The notes below the pieces were generated by a model. The model worked only from the letters and a program-made list of their open reading frames with translations. It was not told the origin of the DNA and made no database searches. From positions 930,001-994,000 of the forward strand of contig CDRNST010000250.1 of assembly GCA_977016875.1 (NCBI GenBank): 64,000 nucleotides of DNA, in the 5' to 3' direction. Source of the stretch: Pavona decussata (Eukaryota). Both the position numbers and the translations under genes were made by a program. Position 1 is the first letter of the stretch; the number at the start of each line of letters is the position of its first letter. Positions 37,466 through 51,200 of this stretch are shown piece after piece.

Positions 37466-40400
37466 CTAATTTTGTTTTTTTTGAAAGAGTGCATTCCATA
37501 TGGCCCATCTGAACTGGAAGGTCTTTGGTCTCAGAATTCGAGTAGGAGCCATTCTTCCAGGGTGTCTAGATTGCTGGTAGAACTGGACAGAGTGAACTTC
37601 TCTCCCAACATTTTCATTCTGAAATGAAAACATATATTTATTTTCTTGTTAGATATCCTTGTTGTTGATACCACACCCCATTTATGGAGCACACACTCCT
37701 TCGCATTACAAAGAAATAAATGAACATGTTAATTAAAAAGGCACATCAATCTTGTATACAGAGTGGACAGTAAAATGAAGTTGTTTAACACTCAAGATGA
37801 AATTCAACAGCAATGACTGCTTTGAAGTTAAATAAATTGTAACAAGCCAACCTACCCAATCCAAAACAGCAAGATATACCCTCATGTCATATGTCTTGTC
37901 GCCAAAGTGAATTCTCTTTGGGGCATAGATCAAGACCACCACATTAAAGGACTCAATGTAAAACGTGTCTCGGCACTGTAGTAAATGATGGGAAAAGTAT
38001 ACAGATCAAATCAATATAATTGACGAAAGGTTTAAACACTTGATGCACCCCACCCTTAAACACTCACACCCCTTATTTTCTTATTACACATCCATACATG
38101 TACATAATTCTAAAATCAGCATAACTCAAGTCCACGGGGACTAAAGTTTTGTGCTATTCTATTTGGATTCTAACCAGGAGATAATCATCTGGATTCTTGT
38201 AGATTGTTGTCTTGGTGATGGCCAGTTTGTAAGCCTCCACTGCCTTGGGGTTGGTCAAGGGCTTTTTGGAGCAAACATAGCCAGGCTGTTTGCACCTGGA
38301 GTCCTGGTGGCACAACTCATGCTTTAGCTGTAGTAAATGAAACACAGATATGATATATGCCATGAGATTAGTGACTGCCTGACACACATCTTATGTCTAT
38401 GTGAATCCATAGGGAAGTAAATGTTTATAATGTTATACATAGTGCTAATTTGCAAATCGGAAAAGAAATTGTTCAATCCACCATCACCTGATAATGGTCC
38501 ACAATATTTAGCAGGTACTTTTGAAATCCAGCTGCAGTCCCATCATTGTTCTTCATGGCATAGTAGAAATGGGTTTTTGTTGCTTTTGCTGTTATGTGAA
38601 ACATAAGACATACATAAGACATACACTTACAGTACCTTTCTGTACATTTATCATTTCATACTAGTCAATCTCATGCTGTGCAATGTTTTACCTTTGTCAG
38701 ATAGTTCTGTAAACCATTTTATCCCTTGGTCACGTCGTGTTCCACTGCAAATTTTTTTCATGTCTCTTGCCACTCCTTTCGTACCTACGACAGCAAGCAT
38801 TAGGTGGAGGATGATATCTAAAGGTTCTAAATGCAATCAATGTGTTATGGGGAGGGGAAGCATGTGTTTCAGTCTTGCTATAAGCTAGAAAGGCCAAGAA
38901 CTACATGCATATGTTTACTTTATATAAACATCAATAAAAATTATACACTTACCATGCCATGTATCAAAGGAGTTCCTTATTCCTTTTCCCTGGAACCAAT
39001 TTTTGAGAGCCATGACACAGTCATGGGCAATCTCTCTAACTCTATGCCCTGTTTGAAAATTGTTAAAAGTATATAATTAAATCTTGATTATGTCCTTGTT
39101 CTTTTCTAATATGATACTAACTAATATAAATAAGTTGTAGTCAAGTCACAAAACTACCGACCTTGATTTTCTGTGAGGTTGGTGATCAACTCCTTGGTCG
39201 TGGGTACCTCTCTGCTTGGGGCACTACGTTCGTTTGCACGGCTCCAGTTGCAGACACCAATAATTTTCTTGTTGCTGTAGAAACCAATAAACAATACCAA
39301 TACTTACAGTTGTAACATAATATTAATTATAATAATTATTGTTACAGAAGACAAATACCAGTCAATAGTGAGGGGAAATGGTAAGGGGGTCAACTGAAAA
39401 GCAAAGTAGAAGTAAAGATTGAGTACCACTGTTTCTAAAAACACACTGATGCAGCCTTCATAGCATTACCTCCTAGAAATAGCTGACACAGTGGAGTGCA
39501 TGGCTGATCTGCTAGAGTCATGCCGGGCATCAGTGATGATACACTGAAAAGAGGAAGAAAACATTACATAAATTCATGTTATGCCTTACCAATCAGGGTT
39601 CTCAATAGAATTTTGAACAGCAGTTGCTATTGGCAATATCAACTTAGGTTACTTACATCACTATTCAGTGCATAGTTGTGCGTTCCCTGAAACTCACTTC
39701 TGGCATCTGCCATGGCTTTCTGGGCGATTTCCAGGACCGTAGACAAAAGCCACCGTCAAAGCCACCGTCATTGTAAACTAGGACAAAATGGATGTAGATA
39801 CATAAATTTTGAAGACCGGTGTATATTATTGGGTAGCCTGTCCCAAGCATTCAGACAGTGGAGAAAGGGCGCAAACAGGGGAAAGAGAGCGAAAAAAAAA
39901 ATAGCAGGGAGTCTAAAAGAGAATCAATGTGCATGTCAATTAGTTTTATTAGTTTTGCTTTTACTTGAAGCTGACTTTTGTTTATGTAGGGCTTTGCTTC
40001 ACTTTGTCGCAAGGGAAGGTAAAAGGTAAGTAAGCCTTATTTTCAGAATTGTATTTTATATTCTGGAATACTGTACTGTATATAATGATAAACAACAATG
40101 AGAATTTATCTTACGTACAGCCTACAGATGTAAGGAAAACAGCCTAGAAATGTGCTAGCAATCTGCTGCGTGCAATGGCAAGCTAAGCTATTGAGTAATT
40201 GAAAAAAATTCCTGGCAATCCCTATTTATACATTGGTGACTTTATCTTTACCAGCCTTATGCAAAAACCTGCAAGCAGCTATTATAATTCAGCGGCTGAT
40301 ATAAAACTACAAGTATCAAGTAATTTGTACACATGTGTATGATGCAAGACTACCTGTGTCCCAATTGCCGCTGTTTGTCTTTTCAAACAACATCAACCAA

Positions 40401-41461
40401 TCTAGGTAAAAAAAATCTGATAGAAATTTTACATGATCAACTGTGTGTAAAGTCATCGAAAACGACTCACTTGTATCAATTGACCTGTCCATGACTGAGC
40501 CAATGCCAGCAGCTTCACCAAAGCTGTGGTACTGGGTCTCAGTCAGACCAGTGCTGGTAAATGCATGGACCATCCTACAGGAAGAAATGAAATTTACAAC
40601 TTTAGAACCTACCTCAATAATAATGCCTATAGTTGCCTTGAAAAGTCAACAACAATAGAGTGACTCATAGAGAAAACAGAGCTTGTGAAATATATTACAG
40701 AGGCTGTAAGACTTCTAGCAAAATACTATAAATATCGTTTGATATTGCCCTTGCTCTTTTGCTGTTGACTGACATCTGAGGAGGATTTTTTGTGCACTTA
40801 TCAGCATTAGAGGGAAAATACAAATGGCTTACCTCACATTTGCAATATACTTGGCAGGGTGACCAAGAATTCCAGAACTCAGCCAGACGACCGAGTCTTT
40901 ACAGGGACAAGGGACCATCATACGACAGACGTGGCCTTGCTGAGAAAACGTCATCTCGGACCATACGTACTCTCCTCCGCAAAATTCGCACTCAGGGTTG
41001 CCACTGAAGTATTTGGTCAAAGCTTTCAGCGATTCACCAGTGCAAATACACTGGGGGTCATCTACAGTACCATCAACATAAATCTGCCTTCTCTGAGGTC
41101 GCGGCTGCTCTGGCACTGTTGACGGTTGCACAGGTTGCACAGGTTCAGGAGAGACCGATGTGGTTGATGCAACAGAAGACGACCTTGCACTGATGACTGA
41201 AGGCTGAACCAAGTCAAAACAGTGAAGCAGATGCTCCAGGAGATCAGCATTTTGCGTTGATGAGGTTTTTTGATTGATTCCGAGCAGCCATTTTGCCTGA
41301 TTCAGTCGATCTTTCAAATATTCCAAACGGTCTTTCTCCCCCCTCTTCACTTCCACCGTCCAGCTGAAGTGGTGGTTTGGGTCCTCTGGATCTCTTTTCG
41401 CGTTTGACAATTTGTTTCGTTAGGTTTTCCTCTTCTTCTCAGGTGGAGAAACCGTAAGCAT
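37466..41461 (-). pseudogene. Multi-exon (about 11) KolobokP-like DDE transposase, mildly decayed
   Basis: Spliced motifs: IITDARHDS, EIAHD, FDTWH, NIVDHYQ..H.LCHQDSRC, TFYIESFN..LIYAPKRIHF..Y..R..LAVLDWNENVGR. Premature TAA at codon 14 and a frameshift near 39750. Possible degenerate TIRs at about 37067-37082 and 41931-41946 (13/16). Confidence 0.75.
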
Positions 41462-42719
41462 ACCGACCGGCGAAGAAAAAAAGCGATTAGAACGAGCGCG
41501 GTGGAATGAAACTGAACCAAAACAAACCGTGGCTGATCATGAACTGGCCGCCAAAATCCCTGCGCAACATTTGAAACACGCATAAATTTCATGAGAAACT
41601 GCTAGTCTATTGTTAAAGAAACTGCCGGCTCAAAAGACGGCAAGAACATCCCTTCTAGTGGCTGGTGGGTATGACGGCAACGTGACATTGCTAGCGGAAA
41701 TGGCGCCGTATTTGAATTCTACCAGCCCAGACCGCGTTTTCGGCCGGAAAAAAGGCGAAATATTGCCTTTTTTGTATATATTCAATTCAAAACATAACAT
41801 TTATTGTTTTTTAAGGTTATTTTTCACCGATTTCTCGTGGTATAGATCAGAACAACTCGTGCTGCAAAGTTGTCGTTGTTCTTCGCATTGGCCACCATTT
41901 TGATTTTCTTCTGAATTTGAAATTAGGGGGAGGAGTCAATGCCCTTTTATAGCGAACCTTCGTGTTTAAATGTTAATTATTTTTATAGATTGTATATAAA
42001 CAATGTAGATTTTTTATACAATGAGTCAAGCTGCGGCTTTGTCCCGCAGTGAATAGAGAAAGTGAAAAACCGCTCTGGTTCAAATTGCAGAATATCCTGC
42101 CACTCGAACAACATTCTACGTAGCCGGCTAACTAATTAATATGTATTTCTAGTTCCTTAAACGATGTAGTTTTTTATGCAATGAGTCAAGCTGCGCCTTT
42201 CTCCCGCATTTGTGTCTGCAGAGATTTTTAGAATAGCCATAAAACAGCAGTGAACAGTAAAGAAAAAGCAAACATTGTCCAATGAAAAACCGCCGCTTTG
42301 GCTTAAACTGCAGAATAGACAGAATACCCTGCCACTCGAACAGTCTATGTAGTCGGCTAACTCATTTTAACAACCTTTGCCGTGTTGCGGAGTTAGAACA
42401 GCTTACACTTCTGATGCTGATTGACATTGTCCGACTTTTAAATAAATTCAATTTCCAATAATTAGTTTCAATGTTAAAGTTGTGGTTTTTGTAGTAACTC
42501 ATCACAGGAGCCGACAACGATTGTTCTTTAGGAGGGGCATTTGACAGACAAATCCGACGATTAGGTAGGGCATTTGAACACCATTTTGGCCCGAGGGGGC
42601 GGGAATTTGAACGATCCAATCTTCAAAAGTTCAAATGCCCGGGATTTGCCCGGGGGGTGGATGTTGAAGTTTCGAGTTGATCGGCACATTTGTGACCTGG
42701 AAAGCGAAAACGGACACTA

Positions 42720-43005
42720 ACGTTATACCGTTTAACGGAAAAATCCGTTTATAGCCGTTTAACGTCCATTTAAACGGATCGCACAAGCATTTAAACGCTT
42801 TTCTTATCCGTTTACTAAACTCTCGCATCCGTTTAACGATTTTGGTAAAACGTTTTAATGCCTTTCTAAACCATTTAAAAAAAAGGGCATCCGTTTAACG
42901 TTTTGGACAAACCGTTTGTTATCCGTTTAACGTTTTAGACAAACCGTTTGTTATCCGTTTAACGTTTTGGATAAAACGTTTGTTATCCGTTTAACGTTTT
43001 GGACA
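42720..43005. repeat. Left subterminal array of CCGTTTAACG motifs, including about 4 copies of a 32-bp unit
   Basis: atccgtttaacgttttggacaaaccgtttgtt repeats at about 42889-43005. Confidence 0.9.
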
Positions 43006-43010
43006 AAATT

Positions 43011-43636
43011 GAACACAATCAAATTCAATCCGATTAGATTTTGTTCGGAATCCAACTCTTGCCGCCTGAAAATAAGTAAACAGTGGCATAGGGGTAATCA
43101 TAATGAACCTTGAGTGTTGGACTGACTAAATTTATTGTGAGTTACCGGACACAATCGAACTATTGGTGTTTGTTTGGGTTCTATTAGCTACGCAGCAAAG
43201 GAGGAAACTTTTCGTCTATAGTTTGTGACAGTTCTTCTTTCACCTGCAAGTTATCGGTCGTATCTAGCAGACAAAAAAAACGAAACAAAATTCAATCTCT
43301 CAACAAAACTCAATCGAACGCCAATCGTTCGATCGGCTATTTTGCTGTGGGTTCGATTATCGAACCAATTGTCGAACACAATCGAATTCAATCCGATTAG
43401 ATTTTGTTTGGAATCCAACTCTTGACGCCTGAAAATAAGTAAACATTGGCGTAGGAGTAATCATAATAAACCTTGAGTGTTGGACTGACTAAATTTATTG
43501 TGAGTTCGATTATGTTCGATTACCGGACCCAATCAAACGATTGGTGTTTGTTTGGGTTCTATTAGCTGCGCAGCAAAGGAGGAAACTTTTCATCTATAGC
43601 TTCTGACAGTACTTCTTTCACCTGCAAGTTATCGGT
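43011..43636. repeat. Direct duplication of about 250 bp (43011-43257 vs 43374-43636)
   Basis: gaacacaatc..ccgattagattttg..cacctgcaagttatcggt occurs twice. Confidence 0.85.
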
Positions 43637-43837
43637 GAAAACAAAACATGTCCAAAACTTATTGATTGGATTGAACTCTTAAGGATGCACACGCAATTAT
43701 TCCATCGTGTGCTGTGTCGTCACCATAATTTCAAATCTGACTTTCTAATTCGTTTGCAACTAACTTTTTAGCAAACGTTTTCTCAACTCGTTCGTTTGTA
43801 TCGAAACCAATTTTCTTTGTTTTTATTCTAATCGCAG

Positions 43838-45646
43838 AGACCTGAACAACATTTGCCAAATTCAGGTGAAGCAAGTGATCCTTTCGCAGAGTTTCTATCA
43901 GAACAACGCAAAAGGGAAGCCGAGTTGTCGTGGAATCGAGTGGGTAAGAAACCAAAAGCTGCTGATCAAAGCATTGCAACGCGAACCGAAGAAGTGACCG
44001 AAGATGTAGCATACTGGAAGAAGCAGTTGGGCGAAAAGAATGCTGAATGTGCTACCCTGCAAAACCAGGTCGCGAAACTCCAGCGTACCAGTGTTTCTGT
44101 AGTTGAAGCACTAAATAGAAATCAAGAACACTTCAGCAAGGTAAGCAGAATTACGATTGTCAAATTGGACTGGTTTAAAAACACTTACAGTCCAACTACT
44201 ATTAATTTGGCCGCCTTAAAAAGTTAAAAGAAATCACATCAAGAGAAGGGATTAAAATTATCATTTTCATTCCAAGTTGGTAGCCAATCTCACAACTTTG
44301 TTGTCGGGTACGAAAACTAGTAACTTTTTCTGAATGGCCCCCATTGTATTAGTCGCACTTTAAGATTACGAAAACCTGAAAGCAGTCTGTAAACGTGTTG
44401 GCATTTAGTCGGTTATTTTCTATTTAAAACATAGTCCCAATTTTCCTCTAGTATAAAAACTCCTCTAGTATAACGGCCGTTTAAAAAGTATTGAGCAGAT
44501 ATTTTCTTGCATAATTTTCATAGATGATTGAGAAATTAGAGGACACCATATCTGCAGTGGAGCACAACCTGTCAGGACGTCTAAAGAGGATTGAGGAACG
44601 CCTGGATTTGTTTGACAAAACGGTAAGTTCAAGGTCTTTTCTGAGGCGAACTTGATATCACGGGAGAAATAGATGTTTGGCAAGCTGGCAATGTGAGAAA
44701 TCTAAACAAAAAATAGAGTCTGATTGTAGACAAATAGTTCACTTCAAGATTTCGGATTCATTGTTGATTAAGGATCAAAATTGTTTTGGTTTTACCTGAG
44801 AGCTGCAAGTTGCGTATTTCTAAAATAGTTTTTAAGGCACGCAGGCTACCAAGACGGGGACAGAACGCGACGTCAAAAATTATTTCGCTTGAAGACTGAA
44901 TCTGTCTTGCCCTTCATGTAGATTTCGCGATTTCATGGATCGTCTTGTGTTAGTTGGTACTTTCTCAGTCGAGTCGTGCCGTCAAAACAGGTTTCACAGT
45001 GAGCCTTCTTGTCCAAGGTTGATAGAGTGCTGCCTAGATTGACGAGTGACGTTTTTAATTTCCAGTTCCATGAGAACGATGATCTTCGAACCATTGATCC
45101 TGCTGCCTTGGCTAGTCTAACAGACGATTTCGGGGACTTCGTTCCACTGCCTCCGTCGACTCCTTTGTCGCCGTCCATACCTGAAACCGTAACAGCGCAG
45201 TCCACGACGGCCGTAACAATGCCCAGTACACCTGTAACAGTACCCCCCTAGATGTCTGCAATGGTCGAAATCCCCCAAGAACAGCAGTCTTTGGAAACTG
45301 CAATTGACGACGAAGTTGTTGTTCGTGCGTTACCCCTCGGAAGTTCTTGGCAGTGAAAGATGTGCTACAAAAAGAACATGAGCGACACAAATGCGCACTA
45401 AAGCTATTACCGTATTTCTTCTCTTCAACGGAACTGGGTAACAGCAACACCGACGGAACCCACAACAAACTCCCTTTAGATAGCAAAAGGCTTAATTCGT
45501 TAAAGGTGCTCGTTTTTAGTCGCTTTCCTTTGGAATCTGCAGTGGAAAAGGAAAAGACCTGGAAGTGCATCAAAGGAAAGATTAATGCTAAATGTCGACT
45601 CAACAAACACATTCAAAAGCAAGCTGGCGAAAATAGGGAAAGCTAA
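43838..45646 (+). pseudogene. Coiled-coil + BEN-domain gene; exons 43838-44140, 44524-44622, 44922-45646; 5' exons missing
   Basis: GT-AG exons homologous to those of 56638-60304. C-terminal ALKLLPYFFSSTEL.NSNTDG..LDSKRLNSLK..W..IKGKINAKCR fits the BEN pattern. The last exon has stops and a frameshift. Confidence 0.8.
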
Positions 45647-45861
45647 GACACAATTTTATTGTATTAGGTTTAAGGTTTTATATGACAGCGGTCGCTAAAT
45701 ATCTGTTGAAAAGTGTATCTTTTTCTAGTAACTTGTAACAGCTGATTAAATTTGTTTATATCAGACTTCTTTCAGCGTGCTGGGTGTGTCTTTACTGGAA
45801 CAAAAGGGTATTATTTTCTGAAGAAATTCTGCATCAGAGGTATCGTGCATCGGCGGGCAAG

Positions 45862-46160
45862 TGGCCTGGTTAGCAAGCGTTTCCAGTGAGCGAGCGAAAA
45901 TCTAGTTTCCGGTTTCTGGCCGCGCGAGAAATAGTCGACTCCCGATAATTCGAACCTTCAAGGTAAATTGAAAAAGGTTCGAGTTATCGGGAGTTCGAGT
46001 TTATCGAGGGTAAAATTATATAGAAAATGACCTGAAAGGTAAGGAAAATTGCTTCAAGTTAGCGCGAGGTTCGACTTATAGCGAGGTCTAGCGAGGGTTC
46101 GAGTTATCACCGAGTCGACTGTAGGTTTTCGCTTGCTAGAAACGCTTGCTACGAAGGCTA
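45862..46160. mobile_element. Nested MITEs: Tc1/mariner-type (about 45932-46121) inside an Academ-like palindromic MITE
   Basis: AGTCGACTC..GAGTCGACTG|TA lies inside tagcaagcgtttc..gaaacgcttgcta arms. Confidence 0.65.
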
Positions 46161-46794
46161 GCGGGAAAGATTTTTTATCATCTGGGTCTGTTTAAATGTC
46201 GGGCTAAAGTCGAACACGAGATGGATGATTCAAATGGTACTAAGGAAAAATCAAATGAAAGTCGGACGAAAGCTTTATTAAATTCAGACTTGACTTGGGT
46301 TAGATTCGACAAGCTTTCGGATTTATTCAGCGCTTTTCATTAAGTTGTAGTCTTGTTCAAAGTTCAAACGATGACGTTTCTTTCATTTGTCGCACATGAG
46401 TCCGCTTAAAATACGACCAATGCTCGGCGTAATGTGGAAATTTTCTAATCCTTCAAAATCAGAGTGTTTTGCACGCGATTAAGAAATTGTTGATGTCGGT
46501 GACTAAAAGACGGACGTGATCTCTCGTCCGTGAAGTCGCATGTTTTCAATATTATACAAATTCAAGGCATCACGTCATTTGTGATTATTTATAGCTATAA
46601 TAATTTGGCTTTTTATCTACTCCGCTGCTAGCTTGTCCGGAATGAAATGACAAAACTAAATGAGATACTTTAGATTTCCATTTAAAAGATTCCAGTATTT
46701 ACGTATTATAGTGAAATGTATTTTCAGTATTTGACAACAGTCGATCAAAGTTATTTGTTTACGTTCGTTTCCTTGTGAACTTTTGAAACTGTTT

Positions 46795-47065
46795 ACTTAC
46801 CGTTTAACGTTTTGAGCTCTCCGTTTATGATCGTTTAACGACTTTCTTTAACCGTTTAACGTTGTCAGCTTTCCGTGTAAAAAATTCTGCAACCGTTTAA
46901 CATTTATGGCATTCCGTTTTTGGACTTTGCCCAACCGTTTAACGCTTTTATTTATCCGTTTAAACGGAACTGGAACCCGTTTAAACGCTTGTGGTAACCG
47001 TTTACTATCCGTTTAACATCGTTTGCAATCCGTTTTTTTTTTGCCCGTTAAGCGGAAAACCGTTA
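46795..47065. repeat. Right subterminal array of CCGTTTAAC(G)/CCGTTTAAACGG motifs
   Basis: More than 8 motif copies just inside the right TIR. Confidence 0.85.
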
Positions 47066-47261
47066 ATGTCCGTTTTCGCTTTCCAGGTCACATTTGTTCT
47101 CAGTAGTCTGAGTGCTTTGCCTTTAATAAAACCTCTTTTAACACCCAGAGGATGGCTCAAGGTAAAATGTGTATACTGAAAGGTTTCAGTAGGCTTGTAA
47201 TGATACGGATGTCAAGGATCGATTCATTTCTGAAACGGTCTCCTTTAAAAATTATTGTGTC

Positions 47262-47990
47262 GCTGAATCGTAATACTATCAAGATCAGTTACAGTTGCAT
47301 GAATAACACTAAACAAATTATCGACAGACACAACAAGCGTATTTTGAATTCATCCAAACACACTGATATGATGAAACCGCAGATAACGTTATTGACAGCA
47401 AATCATGCAATTGCCGGCAAAAGAACACACGCCCACTTAACTTAACGGAAACTGTCTCCAATCATCAGTTATCTACCAAGCAACCGTCACACGCAAAGAC
47501 AACAACACTTCTGAAACATACATCGGACTCACAGAAAACGATTTCAAGACAAGATACAGAAACCACTCTGCATCATTCCGTCAAGCAAAACACAGGAACT
47601 CCATTGAACTCAGTAAACACATTTGGTCTCTTAAAGACAGCGACATTGACCACTCTATCTCATGGCGTATCATTTCATCTAGCTCACCTTACAACAGCTC
47701 AAGTCAAAGATGTAATCTCTGCCTCAAACAGAAATTTTTAATCATCTGTCGACCGAATCGGTCATCACTGAACAAACGAAACAAACTAGCATCTTCTTGC
47801 CGCCACAGAAAGAAAGCGTTATTACGTAACAACTAAACATTGCAACATTTAAATTTTAAATTTTAAATTTTCTGCAACGGTAATTATGTAAATTTTTTTG
47901 GTATATAAATGATGGTTATATATATTCTTGTCATTGAAATCCCCTGAAGAGTGAGAGATCATGAAACAGGCTTGTCGGGATGAAAGTGTA
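47262..47990 (+). mobile_element. Penelope-like element 3' end (GIY-YIG endonuclease + pLTR)
   Basis: NRNTIKISYSCMNN..CNCRQKN..VIYQATV..ETYIGLTENDFKTRYRNH..CNLCL..SSCRH, ending near 47835. Confidence 0.88.
47939..47981 (+). ncRNA. Minimal type I hammerhead ribozyme
   Basis: atccc-CTGAAGA-gtga(gaga)tcat-GAAA-c(aggctt)g-TC-gggat: intact core, stems I and II, short stem III, GUC cleavage triplet. Confidence 0.8.
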
Positions 47991-48294
47991 GTTTTTTTCT
48001 TTATTTTTTTTAATTTTTCCATATTACAGTGCTCGATACATAAAAGTAGAGCGTAGTATATAGAAAATAAAGAAAAAATCTACACTTTCAAACTGTCGGT
48101 ACCAACTGACGAGGTCTATTGACGAAACTAGTTTTGTAGTCCCGAATGTAAAAGTTTGTGGAAAGTAAATGCAAATGAGGTTCTCCTTATCACTATGAAG
48201 TTGCATTACGAACTTGAATTATAAATTGTGATCACTAACTTTGTCACATAGAGTTTTGCATATAGTCGACTCGAATGTTAAATCGTAAAAATGT

Positions 48295-51200
48295 TTGTTA
48301 GATTACAAACTGCAATGTTGCAACGTAAACTCTTATCTAACACTGTGAACTCGAATGTTAAAATGTTAACTTGAATTTTGGCGTTGATACAACGCCATAA
48401 AATACAGTGAATGGCTATAAGATATGATATGCAATTTTCCAAACCTCGAGATGGTCGATATTGCTCCGAAACGCTTCGTCCCGTTTCCACGTGTTGTAAA
48501 CTGCTTTGATAAATTTTGGCTTGGGCTCTTCACCCGAGCGATACGTGCGGCTAATGCTGTACCAATAGGATTGTTGTTTCAGTCCCTTGGCAAGTGTTGT
48601 CTTCTCTGGATGCCCTGCTTTAAGTATCGCCAGGGCCAAGCTACGGCGGCTAATTCCGTGGTTTTGTCTGGACTTCTAAAAAAAACAGTGGTAGGGAACA
48701 AAATGCATGAAACATATCATTGTTGGTTGATGATAGATCAAACATGAAACGAAAATTATAGCTCTCCTACTTTAATTATAAGGTTAAAGTGGGTTTTCCC
48801 TAAGGGAACTATGACAAATTAAACTGTTACTTGAATTAGTCTGCTTTTTTATAGCGTTACCTGTCAATCACAATTATTCGAATGTTAAAATGTTTACTTG
48901 AATTTTGGCGTTGATACAACGCCATAAAATACAGTGAATGGCTATAAGATATCATATGCAATTTTCCAAACCTCGAGATGGTCGATATTGCTCCGAAACG
49001 CTTCGTCCCGTTTCCACGTGTTGTAAACTGCTTTGATAAATTTTGGCTTGGGCTCTTCACCCGAGCGATACGTGCGGCTAACGCTGTACCAATAGGATTG
49101 TTGTTTCAGTCCCTTGGCAAGTGTTGTCTTCTCTGGATGCCCTGCTTTAAGTATCGCCAGGACCAACCTACGGCGGCTAATTCCGTGGTTTTGTCTGGAC
49201 TTCTAAAAAAAACAGTGGTAGGGAACAAAATGCATAAAACATATCATTGTTGGTTGATGATAGTGTGACAAGATATGAGCGTGACAAGCCAGACAAATTC
49301 GGTTTTATAAACATTCAAGGTGTAGTTTCATTTATTAAATATAGCGATGGACCTAAAACAATTCTTTTATGCATGAAACATGAAGTGCCAAAACATGCTT
49401 TCTATTGCTTTTGTTTTTATAGATCACTGAACTTTGTGCCTATAGTATCCTTCCAATACGGGCTAACAAGTAATAGCGTTATGCTATGCTTTATCCGCCA
49501 ACCTATTGCACTTTGTTAGTCTTAGTACCGAACGTTATTATACTGATCAAACATGAAACGAAAATTATAGCTCTCCTACTTTAATTATAAGGTTAAAGTG
49601 AGTTTTCTCTAAGGGAACGATGACAAATTAAACTGTTACTTGAATTAGTCCGCTTTTTTATAGCGTCACCTGTCAATCACAATTATTTTTGAGAGATGCA
49701 AACAAACGACAGCAACATTACTCCATAGGAAAATGCTTTAAAACACGGCAAGCGTGCCCTCTTTTTGCTACAATTTCCATGCAAATGTGTTGATTTGTCA
49801 TTGAATTTTCCATACATGTCATTAATTTGTCAAATCACCCTGCCGTTACCGACATTTACAACAATACTCCACAAACGCTTGTCTTTTTGAATAACAAATA
49901 CCTCCACAACCTGTATAAAAAAAGTTGCTGAAAAACGTTGTTATAGACAATGTTCTTAACCTTGATTGATCAACATTTTTGTGACATAAAAGAGAACATA
50001 ATTTGGAATGTGGAGAAGGAGTTCCCACCTTTCTATTTGCAAGTGTCTCAACTTTTACTGAACTCAGATTAAAGTTTTCGAGGAGTACAGAGGACAACTT
50101 TGAGCACAGGCTGGCCAAATAATACAAAATATTGCCTCTGTGCTTGCACGAAAGGATCACGTGTAACTTGTCCAGGGAAGGGAATCAAGTTGTACGTTAA
50201 CAAAGAACTCTTGTGGCTTCTTTACTTGCTTTGTCTCCTTTTCCAGAATTAGCGGAAGACGCAGGAGAGCCACTAAAGACTTATCTTCTATATAAAGGGC
50301 AGAAACCAGAAAAAGACATAAGCCAAGGAAATTTCGGGTATCAAATGTTCCTCATACCCCTGCTGACATCATTAATTATAATATGCTAATCTTTCCTTGC
50401 ATCAAGAGAGCAGATTTTAACAGAGAACACCACACAGCTATCCCGGCACACTGTTGTTTTCTTGATGTTCATTTGCTGCACCATCAGTTCACTGGCTCTT
50501 GCATAATTTTTGTTTGGCAGGAGATAATACCTGCCGTTGGCATTAGGAATTTGTGTTGACAAAACTCACCATCATACACATCTCTGTCTTTAGAATCATC
50601 ATCTTGATCAAGAAGTTTTAAGTCCTTTGGAATTATTTGTCTTTGATTCAACGTGATGTAATATTTTTGGTCTTAGCTGTAACAGCCTTCTGGGGCGGGG
50701 GATGCCGTTTTTCAGCATAGACTCACCTGCCATCAGTCTTGGAAATTCATTACAAATCTGCAATAGAATATGTTTTAAACAGATTAAATAAAAGGTATTA
50801 TTGCTTCAAGTTTTTATCTCTTCAAAGCAAATGATACTCACAAACTACAGTGAATGGCTGTGAAACTTCATGCATGTAAAACAGGGTTAAACCATATGCT
50901 TGTTTCTTCAGTTCTAGTTTTTCATTTGTATTTAATATGTAATTATCTCTCTTTTTTGCTTTTTAGATTCTTTTTTTTTCCAGAGTTTATTAAAATTGTA
51001 TATTTCAGGACTGACATAGGCATGGAAAAGGGTTGTTATGTTACATCATGTCTTCATCCCAGAATTGGGTAAGAGTGAGACATGCATGCATGCATGCTAA
51101 AAAGAAAATGTATGTCTGTCAGACTGTGTTACAGATCAAGGGCAAACGAAATATGCTTTTGTCTCCAAATACTTCGTAACAAATAACAACTCAAAAAGTA

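Larger units (their letters stand above)
42692..47091 (+). mobile_element. Non-autonomous Sola1-like TIR element carrying a BEN-domain gene
   Basis: 31-bp TIR GTGACCTGGAAAGCGAAAACGGACA(C/T)TAACG. 4-bp TSD ATTT at 42688-42691 and 47092-47095. CCGTTTAACG arrays inside both ends. Confidence 0.88.

Noticed and set aside
46200-46540. Possible 5' remnant of a transposase inside the first BEN element
   Set aside because: Multiple stops and no recognisable motif.
42691-47092. Reading the termini as TGT...ACA (Ginger-like) with a TT duplication
   Set aside because: Shifting one base gives an exact 4-bp ATTT duplication, which fits Sola1 better.
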